From the NCBI GenBank assembly GCA_019057635.1, contig DXJL01000025.1, positions 1 through 37,801 on the forward strand: a stretch of DNA of 37,801 bases, written 5' to 3'. A program made the position numbers and the translations under genes. Positions 1 to 8,624 of this stretch are shown here, one piece after another. Source of the DNA: Candidatus Heimdallarchaeota archaeon (GTDB taxonomy: Archaea; Asgardarchaeota; Heimdallarchaeia; Hodarchaeales; Hodarchaeaceae). Under the pieces are notes generated by a model that worked only from the letters and a program-made list of their open reading frames with translations, was not told the origin of the DNA and made no database searches. Position 1 is the first letter of the stretch; every line of letters starts with the position of its first letter.

Positions 1-489
1 AATATTACCAATATCATCGAAAGGGTTATTAGCGGTAGTGGTGGTGGTAGTAGTTGTAACATCGGTGGTAGATTCACCACCAGAGGCATCATACCAAATT
101 TCCAGAACTGTCACACGAAAATAAAGATCTTTACCATCGCCATACGCATTTACAGCAGTAAATTCTTTTTCCACATTCACAGTTGCACCAACGATTCCTT
201 CCTTAAAGGTTAAAACATAACCTGCTTCAGCATCAGGATATAAGGCTAATATATTAGCAGGTACGGTGGATTCAGTACCAAGATATACATGATAAAATGT
301 ATTATCTTCTGCAGGATCTCCCGAGTAATCAGAGGTTTCAAAGCGAAAGTAATGGACATCAACTACGTCTCCCCAGTCAGCAGTTACGGCTGCATTGGCT
401 GATTCTGCAGTATTTACCCAAAAAGTTAGTAAGAGAACAAAAACGGCCGTTTTAGTAAGAGATCTTCGTTTAAATGATGAATAAAGCAT
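1..489 (-). CDS. Secreted/surface protein with FKBP-type PPIase-like domain and Thr-rich linker (3' end outside window)
   Basis: Not in the ORF track. Manual translation from ATG at 489: MLYSSFKRRSLTKTAVFVLLLTFWVNTAESANA (signal peptide), then VTADWGDVVDVHY...FKEGIVGATVNVEKEF...AYGDGKDLYFRVTVLEI (FKBP-like pattern), then STTDVTTTTTTTT. The frame is open to position 1. Confidence 0.7.
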   Translation of the reverse strand, partial: MLYSSFKRRSLTKTAVFVLLLTFWVNTAESANAAVTADWGDVVDVHYFRFETSDYSGDPAEDNTFYHVYLGTESTVPANILALYPDAEAGYVLTFKEGIVGATVNVEKEFTAVNAYGDGKDLYFRVTVLEIWYDASGGESTTDVTTTTTTTTANNPFDDIGNI

Positions 490-718
490 ATTTATAGTAG
501 TTTATAAAAAATCTATATCTTTTATGTTTGTACGCACAAATCTTCGCTCGCTGTTCTCTAGTGTCGAAGGATAAGTTAGCAGGGAAACCAATCATAATAC
601 TTATCACAGAAGCTCTTTTAAGAATCGAATGCTGAAAATGAATAAATACTTCCAAATTTGATGGAACAGCTAAATCTTATTGAAGCTAGAAATAAAGAAC
701 ATAAAAAGAGGTTTAATA

Positions 719-1498
719 ATGCACGATCAATCATCAGAATTAGTTATTCGAACAGATGCGGATCAAACCATTTGTGAATGCACCCGTGATATCTCCCCCG
801 AATGGATTGTTGTTGGTTTTCCTGGTCACGGTTTGGTAGGCAATATTGCAGCTAAACACATCATTAGTGAACTGGATTTAGAGTGGATCGGTTCTATACG
901 TTCTCCATTGATACCTCCAGTATCTGTGTTCATTGATGGAGTACTGGCATATCCTTACCGAATATATGGTCGTAAAGACAAGAAAATTGGAATTCTCATA
1001 GGTGAATCTCCCTGTCCTCCCCAAGCATATTACTATCTAGCACGAGCAATGATGCAATGGGCGAGGAGTAATGGTACCAAACAGGTTATTTGTTTAGATG
1101 GATTTGTAGCTGATCCTCGTGAGAATAAATCAGACGAGGTCTATCTGGTTTGTGAACCTCAAGTCTATCAAGAGAATGAAGAGCTAAAAAGTCATAATTT
1201 CCCAAAACCACATACTGGTTTTATTTCTGGTTTATCAGGAGCAATTATGAATGAGGCTTTACTGAGTCCTATTGAAGGAATTTCTCTTTTAACACCAATC
1301 TCAACTCCTTATCCTGATCCTGGTGGAGCAGCACGGCTTATTGAAGCATTAAGCAAGATTAAAGGTCTTAATATTGATGTTACAAAACTCTTAGGGGATG
1401 CAGAAAAGATACAGAAATCTTTAATGGAACTCTCGGACAAGAATCGTCAAATTTCTCAACAAGAAACACTAGGACCCAGTAAAGGCCTTTACGTTTAA
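719..1498 (+). CDS. Proteasome assembly chaperone, PAC2/PbaB family
   Basis: VGFPGHGLVGNIA and YPDPGGAARLIEAL motifs; C-terminal GLYV is an HbYX motif. ATG at 719 preferred over the track's TTG at 680. Confidence 0.88.
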   Translation: MHDQSSELVIRTDADQTICECTRDISPEWIVVGFPGHGLVGNIAAKHIISELDLEWIGSIRSPLIPPVSVFIDGVLAYPYRIYGRKDKKIGILIGESPCPPQAYYYLARAMMQWARSNGTKQVICLDGFVADPRENKSDEVYLVCEPQVYQENEELKSHNFPKPHTGFISGLSGAIMNEALLSPIEGISLLTPISTPYPDPGGAARLIEALSKIKGLNIDVTKLLGDAEKIQKSLMELSDKNRQISQQETLGPSKGLYV

Positions 1499-1505
1499 TA
1501 AAAGG

Positions 1506-2021
1506 TTATTCCTCAACCTTATGTGCCCAATTGGCAATTGTTGCCCATTTGTCAAAATACGGGCGTAAGGCCTTAACCAATTTAGATTTTAGATTCTTTT
1601 GTTTCTTTTTATCTAACTGCTGGAGTTCTGAATATGGAAGACTAAGAACCCAGTAATTTTCTTTGGACATAATTTTCTCTTTTTTCAATATTTCAAGAAA
1701 TTGATCAGAGCGAATGATGAAATGATGCTTTTCTAAGGTTTCATCTTCAGTAGGTAGACGGAAACTCAATATTAAGAAGCTCTCATTGTTCATAAAAAAA
1801 GAAATTTCTAACTTCCACACAATTTTCTGTTTCTCTCTTCTCCCTGTACATACTTTAATATCCGCATACCTTACATGTTGATTTTTATCAGAGCGGACAA
1901 TCATATCCACTTTTCCTGTGCTAGCATAAGGACTGAAAGATTCAACACCTAATTCAAATAGCTTGATCTGGGTATCTAACTCATCTAAACCTCCTGTTTC
2001 AAAGTACACGTTGTTATCCAT
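1506..2021 (-). CDS. Hypothetical protein, possible PD-(D/E)XK nuclease fold
   Basis: 171-aa ORF. GKVDMIV...YADIKVC resembles the D...(D/E)xK motif. Confidence 0.5.
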   Translation of the reverse strand: MDNNVYFETGGLDELDTQIKLFELGVESFSPYASTGKVDMIVRSDKNQHVRYADIKVCTGRREKQKIVWKLEISFFMNNESFLILSFRLPTEDETLEKHHFIIRSDQFLEILKKEKIMSKENYWVLSLPYSELQQLDKKKQKNLKSKLVKALRPYFDKWATIANWAHKVEE

Positions 2022-2208
2022 GAGAAAGAATGCCCCAAAGTAGTTACTTCTAAGACTATGCTTAATGGTTTTATATATATTCCAATTTGTATCAATGCTT
2101 CTAATAATACATTTACAAAAATAATCAAGAGAAGTAAAAATAAAAATCTTTTGAAATTATTTTCCTTTGAGGCTTTTTCGCTTCTCTAATTAATTGTAGG
2201 AGATATAA

Positions 2209-3183
2209 CTAGGGTTGACTAGAGTTGATTTTAATTCTTTGCTGACACATTGGACACTGATTGAATACTTTTAACCATTCTAACAAATGTGTTCGATGAA
2301 AGACATTTCTACATTCGGGACATATCACTTTTTGTTCACGTGAACCAACAGACTGCCGACATATTACACAATAATCTTGGGTTTCAGTAATGCTCCCCCA
2401 CGAATATGTATCTGAATCATGATGAACTTGAACATCCCCCACGATAATTATATTTTCCCCTGTATCATCTCGTTTCAGTGTTCCATGTAATTCCCCATTG
2501 TCAAGAGCATGTTTTATAACCCGTTGTACAAGGGATGAGTCAACCATTAATTCAGGAAGGTCTTTTTGAATACAATAGAATAAGTATCCCAGTTCAACTT
2601 CATTTTGAGGACGATTTATTCGCTGATTAATGCTGGAGAACAAAAAGTTTCTTGTTTTGGCTAATAATATAAGATTTTGGTGTTTTTTATCAATTTCAAG
2701 CAGGACATCCTCCGCAGAGTCGATTACAACTTGTAGGAGTTGTTGTACCTCAGAGGATTGAAAGGGATGTGCAGATAAATACGTTTCACGTTTAGATTGC
2801 TCTAGGAAATCAGAAATCGTTTCATTATATCCCTGTACCTGACGTAACACTTTATCAACGTTCACAAGTAACTGAAGGGGTTCAATCATATCAACTGAAA
2901 CAAAAATTTGTTGAATATCTAACCTTCTGTCGTTGAGTTCCCCAAGATAACGTGACACTTCTGTGAAAAAAGGTTGGCGAAGAGATTGGTTTATTATATG
3001 GCCAAATATAACACTAAGAATTATTATTATTACTATTATCAATTGGTTATTGAATGTACTCATACCCGTATTAAAGAACATGAAAAGAAAAATAAGCCCT
3101 GAAATTGTGGCCAAGAAAAGAATGATATTGCCTGTTGTCTTTTCTCGTGATAAACGGGAAAGTTTACTCACACTAGTCGTCAT
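2209..3183 (-). CDS. Membrane-anchored RING-finger protein (putative E3 ligase): 2 TM helices, helical region, PCI/wHTH-like segment, C-terminal RING
   Basis: Two N-terminal hydrophobic segments; C-terminal CVIC-x12-CPEC-x4-H-x2-H-x3-W-x6-CPMC. ATG at 3183 preferred over TTG at 3225. Confidence 0.82.
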   Translation of the reverse strand: MTTSVSKLSRLSREKTTGNIILFLATISGLIFLFMFFNTGMSTFNNQLIIVIIIILSVIFGHIINQSLRQPFFTEVSRYLGELNDRRLDIQQIFVSVDMIEPLQLLVNVDKVLRQVQGYNETISDFLEQSKRETYLSAHPFQSSEVQQLLQVVIDSAEDVLLEIDKKHQNLILLAKTRNFLFSSINQRINRPQNEVELGYLFYCIQKDLPELMVDSSLVQRVIKHALDNGELHGTLKRDDTGENIIIVGDVQVHHDSDTYSWGSITETQDYCVICRQSVGSREQKVICPECRNVFHRTHLLEWLKVFNQCPMCQQRIKINSSQP

Positions 3184-3296
3184 GTAGCCACCGAATAGGT
3201 CTAAGGGAATGAGTCGAAGCTTCAAATAATAACGGCCATTGAATTAATAAAAAGTAGACTAGTTAATAATTCCGCAATAATTTTCATATTTTGAAA

Positions 3297-4271
3297 CTAT
3301 TCACCCAAAAAAGACACGCTGTGATCCGAAAGGACTAAAGAATTCGTTATGTCGTGTTTTACAAATGAATTCGGGAGAACTACTGAATTTTGTACTTTTA
3401 CTCCATCAAGTATTGAACAAAAGTCTCCAATTACTGAATTTGTTACTTTATTAGGCGTTGGGTTTTCTACCTCCTTCCCAATGAGATTACCATTGGAATC
3501 TTCTAATTCAACACTTGTTAAAAATTCGAGATTAGTGTTCCATAAATCATAGGCATTACTGATGTGATAAACTTGTGATGCAATCTTTCCTCCAACTCTT
3601 TTGCCCAGATTAATTAGTTTCATGATTGCGGGAGCTAATTCGTACTCATTTCGAATTGATTTGTCAGTTTCCTTTAATGCATCAAATATAGCAGGTGTAA
3701 AGATATAAAGAGCTGCTGAGTTTAAGTTACTCAATACTTCGGCCCTTGTCAGAGGTTTCTCACGAATATTCCACACACGTCCATTACTATAATCAACTGT
3801 GGAACTTTTACGCATCTGTTCATAATTCATCTCCTCTAGTGAAAGTGTGATAATATTACTTTCATTTAGATGAGTTTTTGATAACTTCTCTAAATAATCT
3901 GCTGAAAATAATGAATCACCAGCAAGCACAATGAAATTATCATGCTCTACATACTTCTCTATTTGAAGTACTGCATGTCCAGTTCCTAAGGGTTCTTTTT
4001 GGATAATAAAACGAAATTTGAGATCAGGATAGACCGTGTTAAGTATTTCTTGAATTCGTTGTTCTTCTGGCTTAATAACAACTGAAATTTTGTTGATTCC
4101 AGCCAATAGCAACCTTTTAATTGAATGAAGAATTATGGGAATGTTAACAATTGGAAGTAACGGTTTGCTAATCAACTGAGAAAAGGGATACATACGAGTC
4201 CCCCTTCCTGCAGCTAAAATATAAGCTGAATGGGTTCTAGTATCTATTCCTTCTTGGTTACTCATTATCAA
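3297..4271 (-). CDS. Sugar-phosphate nucleotidyltransferase (RmlA/GlmU/MPG-like)
   Basis: ILAAGRGTRM, KPLLPI, QKEPLGTGHAV, GD and EKP motifs; C-terminal hexapeptide-like repeats. Confidence 0.9.
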   Translation of the reverse strand: MIMSNQEGIDTRTHSAYILAAGRGTRMYPFSQLISKPLLPIVNIPIILHSIKRLLLAGINKISVVIKPEEQRIQEILNTVYPDLKFRFIIQKEPLGTGHAVLQIEKYVEHDNFIVLAGDSLFSADYLEKLSKTHLNESNIITLSLEEMNYEQMRKSSTVDYSNGRVWNIREKPLTRAEVLSNLNSAALYIFTPAIFDALKETDKSIRNEYELAPAIMKLINLGKRVGGKIASQVYHISNAYDLWNTNLEFLTSVELEDSNGNLIGKEVENPTPNKVTNSVIGDFCSILDGVKVQNSVVLPNSFVKHDITNSLVLSDHSVSFLGE

Positions 4272-4360
4272 AAAGATTTAAGGGAGGAGATTTAATATAC
4301 TTACGTATCTCCTTTCCCTTGAAGTTCAATCTTACTAAACTGAAGGAGCCAAGAAAATCA

Positions 4361-5143
4361 ATGGTTCGTCTCAAAGCGGTCTATTTCATTACTGATGATG
4401 GGTTTAACATTTATAATCAATCCTTTGAGTCAACAGATCAAGATCAAGATATGGTTAGTAGTTTAATATTGGCATTACAAACATTCGGGAAGGAAGTTAT
4501 GTCAGAAAATGTTTTACAGACGGTGGGTTTTAGGGATGTTAGCGGGAAAAACACCGATATCGAAGGGAAAGACACAGAGGGGACACGAATGATTCTTGAA
4601 CAGGGGGTTAAAGTGAATGCTATCTGTTTTGTTGTCCTTGATAAGGATAATGCAGAACGAGAAGAATACATCTTACGTGGACAACTTCTGAAAATTATAA
4701 AAGAAGTCGAAGAAAAATATTCTGAAGAATTAAAGGATCCTATCTTTAGAAAAAACGCTTTCACAGGGTTAGAAACGCTTATTAATACCCGTTTCTTCCG
4801 TGACAAAATGTCTCGTATTTACAAACAGCAATACGCTAGTTTAAATGAATATTTAAAGTATCCAAGATCCCTCCTATTCGAACTGACGCCAAGAGGAATA
4901 AAGACCTACAATTTCTACCGTGACTATCCAGAGGTTCAGCAAAAAATGAAAATTATTGCTGTAGAAGAGTTAGATGGGCTTATTGACGATATAGAGGAAC
5001 GGAGTAGTATGATATCCTTTCAAGATTGTATTGAACGCTTTGGAACTGATCGAAGCGGGGAAATTCTTGAATTACTGAAATTGTTGACAAGAAAGGGGGT
5101 ATTTGACGCGTATAACTTTGAACGAGTGAGTATCACCGCGTAA
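4361..5143 (+). CDS. Longin-like domain protein with C-terminal winged helix
   Basis: N-terminal AVYFITDDGFNIYNQSF...DMVSSLILALQTFGKEV longin pattern; C-terminal ILELLKLLTRKGVF. ATG at 4361 follows AAGGAG. Confidence 0.7.
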   Translation: MVRLKAVYFITDDGFNIYNQSFESTDQDQDMVSSLILALQTFGKEVMSENVLQTVGFRDVSGKNTDIEGKDTEGTRMILEQGVKVNAICFVVLDKDNAEREEYILRGQLLKIIKEVEEKYSEELKDPIFRKNAFTGLETLINTRFFRDKMSRIYKQQYASLNEYLKYPRSLLFELTPRGIKTYNFYRDYPEVQQKMKIIAVEELDGLIDDIEERSSMISFQDCIERFGTDRSGEILELLKLLTRKGVFDAYNFERVSITA

Positions 5144-5156
5144 GTGATCAAGTATA

Positions 5157-6032
5157 TTAAGATCCCCTCATATCCTTCAATGCTTTTAAGATTAGTGCAG
5201 TTGTTTTCTTACTCTCCTTCTCCATTCCCTTAATTGCCGAAATCAACTTAGTATCTACAGCTAAATTAATTTCATTCTTTATGACTTCAGGTAATTGAGT
5301 AACGGACTGATTTAATCTCTCTACTACTTGAGATAATTTTTGAATACTACCATCTTGTACCACAAGTCGCTCGGTGACTGATGTTTTAAGCTCATTTACT
5401 GAGTTTTCGAGATTTATGTTAATATGATCACGTAAGGATGCTAATTCAACTTGGATTATCGCGCTCACCCTATCTCGAAGATCGGCCACTGTTGCTAGTT
5501 GATCAGTCTGATTTTCGATCAAAGAATTTAGATTACTTTCCATCGTTTTTAAGTCATCAGAGATAGATACGAAGCTATTAATACTCACTTCATACTGATT
5601 ACTTGTTTTTTCAGTGGAATTATGAACCATAGTGGTTAAATTTTCTGATAATACCTTCATCCGTCCCACAACATCATCGACGTAACCAGCTTTTATAGTA
5701 TTAAGATCTTCTTCAATTTTCCTCTCTGTAGATTTGAAAGTAGTCTCTAGTTCATTTAATGTTGACTCCAGTGTGGTAAGGACAGGTGGTAGTTGAGCGA
5801 TAGAGGCGAGAAGTTCTGGATTAAGTCCCTCATAAGACTCCTGCACATGTCGAATGATGGTTCGAGCACTTTCTTGGAATTTTGAATCAATCGCTAGGGC
5901 AACATCAGAAAAATTACGAATGGAGGTTTCAAGTTCTTGTCGGATTTGAGAAACATCCTGACTCTGCTGAAGCATTTGAAAGATCTGCATACTTACGTCA
6001 AATATTTGTTTCAGGCTTTCTTCGATTCCCAA
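5157..6032 (-). CDS. All-helical coiled-coil protein of unknown function
   Basis: 291 aa with heptad periodicity throughout, no Trp or Cys; TTG start. Confidence 0.75.
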   Translation of the reverse strand: MGIEESLKQIFDVSMQIFQMLQQSQDVSQIRQELETSIRNFSDVALAIDSKFQESARTIIRHVQESYEGLNPELLASIAQLPPVLTTLESTLNELETTFKSTERKIEEDLNTIKAGYVDDVVGRMKVLSENLTTMVHNSTEKTSNQYEVSINSFVSISDDLKTMESNLNSLIENQTDQLATVADLRDRVSAIIQVELASLRDHININLENSVNELKTSVTERLVVQDGSIQKLSQVVERLNQSVTQLPEVIKNEINLAVDTKLISAIKGMEKESKKTTALILKALKDMRGS

Positions 6033-6188
6033 GTTCTCACTTCACTCTTCTATCCCAATATTGATTGGTAACAGGTGGTGATAATTTTACTAAAGGTGTA
6101 TCTACAATAAGTTTTCTATTTATTATTGGACTACGAAGTAATTTAAATCCATACAAACACGAGATATAAGTATATAACGTATTAGATT

Positions 6189-7196
6189 TCATTTAAGTCG
6201 TCTTAGTAATACAATATATCTATCATTCTGCAAAATAGCATTATTTAATCTGTGAATTAGGACAATTGTCTCGGAATACACAAATTGTCTGAAATCATTT
6301 CCTCTAGCGAGCTGAAATTCTTTTTGGATGTCTTTCACAACAGAAAAGGATATATTTGGAATCCTAGATTCTAAATCACCTGGTCCCAGATTATATTGCT
6401 GGAGGACTGAAGTACTGATGCGTATTGTGTCCTGTAATGTACGATTTCCATTGAGATAGTCTGATGTATTGGATATATATTTTTTTATGATGTTTTGAAT
6501 AATTAATTCTTCTGAAGCATCCAATTCTATCTTACTCTGTAATGGGAACATCTTTTTTAAGTTCTGCAATAATCTGGCTGCAGGCGCTTCTCGTAGAAGC
6601 TTAAAAATCAAATCTTTAATTTTTATACATGGAAACTGTATGATTTCATGAGAATTAGGGTGTGAAATTTCTTGTGTTAGAGCATATCTTTGAATTTCTT
6701 TACACCCATGGAGATAAAAAGTGGGGAAGGCTAGATTTGATAAATTCGCATAAGAATTCATTAGTGCGTCAATGGACTCAATTATACCCCATTTGTCAAT
6801 TAGACTTTCATACCTATTGAAATTTTTAATTATTTCTTTATTCTTTCCTACTAGGGTAGAAGTATCATCAAATTGTTCAGTTTGATCGATAGTATCAGAT
6901 ACTCCAATAATTTCAGTAAGTTTGAGATCTAACTTTTCTACAAGATCCATAAAAACGGGTTTTGCTTCTTTTAACGTTAACAAATTAGGCAAAGCTGAAT
7001 GAACTGTTCTTAATTCCTTGTACAATCCATCAGGGATATTTTCTCGGTTACTGATATACGAACTGAGTGTAATAATCAAATTCAAACTGGTTAGATTTAA
7101 ATTGATTAGGAAATCTAATTTGTTCTCTAGCACTTCAAGAGGTCTCTGATTTGAAGAATGACCTTCTGGGGGATGTTGATCTTTATTAAAATTCAT
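6189..7196 (-). CDS. Hypothetical helical protein directly downstream of the tubulin-like gene
   Basis: 335-aa ORF with GAGGT SD, starting 43 nt after the tubulin-like stop codon; no recognised motif. Confidence 0.75.
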   Translation of the reverse strand: MNFNKDQHPPEGHSSNQRPLEVLENKLDFLINLNLTSLNLIITLSSYISNRENIPDGLYKELRTVHSALPNLLTLKEAKPVFMDLVEKLDLKLTEIIGVSDTIDQTEQFDDTSTLVGKNKEIIKNFNRYESLIDKWGIIESIDALMNSYANLSNLAFPTFYLHGCKEIQRYALTQEISHPNSHEIIQFPCIKIKDLIFKLLREAPAARLLQNLKKMFPLQSKIELDASEELIIQNIIKKYISNTSDYLNGNRTLQDTIRISTSVLQQYNLGPGDLESRIPNISFSVVKDIQKEFQLARGNDFRQFVYSETIVLIHRLNNAILQNDRYIVLLRRLK

Positions 7197-7239
7197 AGTG
7201 ATAATTTACCTCTTTACATATCTACTCAAATGATCTATA

Positions 7240-8610
7240 TCATTTTTTTGCCTGGTTTTGTTCAGGTGTAATATAGTAGCCAAACAATTTTTCGAGATCG
7301 CTTACGGCATCCTCTAATTCTTGTTTTGTTGTACCTTTTGAGCGTTTAAACCAGTGTTGTTTCAATTCTGAGTCACCACTGTGTAAACGTATCAACGCTT
7401 TTGCTTCTTCTAATATATCATATAATTCTGGTATTCGTGGTAGGCCAAACAACAACAAAAGAGAGGCTCGTGCTTTCTCATCATCATAGGCACAATAAGT
7501 TGGGGAAATACTTGCACCTTTAGCCAAAAAAGGACTAAGAGCTTTTTTCAATAATGGATCAAATTCAACTCGTGCAATTTCTTTAGGTCCACTCAATACG
7601 GAAAATACTGAGGAAGCAGCGGGGTTTGTTCCCATATTAGTTAAACTGCAATGTGCTGCGGTGTACTCAACTGCTGCGGCTAATTGGTGCCCTACTTCTC
7701 CTACTTCAGGGAAAATGGATAAATCATCAAACATCGCGGGAACAACCACACTATCCAGTTTGAGTGCGAAATCTCCGATATCTGTGGTGGGTAAGACCTC
7801 TTTACCTAGCTCAGGTACGCCTGGTGAGAGCATTTCTGCAATAGATTCAAGAGCTAGCGGATTTATAAGTTCAACAAATGCTTCTTCCATCTGAACGGGA
7901 AGAGGGGTTGTAGTTTGACCTAAAACATTCGGTCTGGTCACATTACTATCTAATGCTGTGAGATCCAGTCCCTTCTCCCGAGTTAATAAATCAACCGCTT
8001 CTCCCCTTTGCATACTTAACACGCGACTCAACATAGTATTATTTGAAAGGAGAAGGATTAGATCAGGACCCATGTTTCCTTCCTCTAATTGTAATCGAAG
8101 AAGTTTTGATAAAGCCCATACACTGTTCACAGCTTCAGATGATTGGTTTACGAATGGCAAAACTCCAAAGACATAAATGAAAATTTTTCGCTTCTCTTGC
8201 TCTGCAAACCTTTTTCGCAACAGGCGAATTAAGGCGGGAGTGCCTCCACAACCTGTTCCTCCTCCAAAACTTGTGAAAATGCAAAAACCACTGATTCCTT
8301 CATAGCCCAATGCCTGCAATTGATTTAAAATAATATCTTCCGAATTAATCACTGATTCATACCCAGCAGAGAATTTTCCACCCACCCCAATTTCTGCATC
8401 TGAATAAAGCAAAGTACGCTTTGATGAAATAGAGTACTTTTTTCGTGCTTTTAATAAATCTCCTCTATCTGTATTCATCACTAAATATTCACGTATACGT
8501 TGTGGAAGTTCTCCTTTCTTGGATTTAGCTAAGTAGCTACCTACTAAATTACTTCCGCATTCTCCGATTCCTATAGCAAAAATTTCACTTTCTGTTTCTT
8601 CCATCGTCAT
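7240..8610 (-). CDS. Divergent tubulin/FtsZ-superfamily GTPase (CetZ-like)
   Basis: T1 AIGIGECGSNL, T2 MNTD, T3 GVGG, T4 signature SFGGGTGCGG, VLPF, LLSN, H7 IN, T7 TTDIGDF, plus helical C-terminal extension. Confidence 0.93.
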   Translation of the reverse strand: MTMEETESEIFAIGIGECGSNLVGSYLAKSKKGELPQRIREYLVMNTDRGDLLKARKKYSISSKRTLLYSDAEIGVGGKFSAGYESVINSEDIILNQLQALGYEGISGFCIFTSFGGGTGCGGTPALIRLLRKRFAEQEKRKIFIYVFGVLPFVNQSSEAVNSVWALSKLLRLQLEEGNMGPDLILLLSNNTMLSRVLSMQRGEAVDLLTREKGLDLTALDSNVTRPNVLGQTTTPLPVQMEEAFVELINPLALESIAEMLSPGVPELGKEVLPTTDIGDFALKLDSVVVPAMFDDLSIFPEVGEVGHQLAAAVEYTAAHCSLTNMGTNPAASSVFSVLSGPKEIARVEFDPLLKKALSPFLAKGASISPTYCAYDDEKARASLLLLFGLPRIPELYDILEEAKALIRLHSGDSELKQHWFKRSKGTTKQELEDAVSDLEKLFGYYITPEQNQAKK

Positions 8611-8624
8611 ATCTGATCCACCTA

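Noticed and set aside
31-70. GGT/AGT trinucleotide repeat
   Set aside because: It is simply the Thr-rich linker of the minus-strand gene.
470-655. 61-aa minus-strand ORF
   Set aside because: It spans the divergent promoter region and overlaps the start of the better-supported 1-489 gene; no motif.
7240-8610. Canonical cell-division FtsZ or true eukaryotic-type tubulin
   Set aside because: It lacks FtsZ GAG and NxDFAD consensus and the disordered tail, and also lacks tubulin hallmarks such as MREI and NNWAKG.
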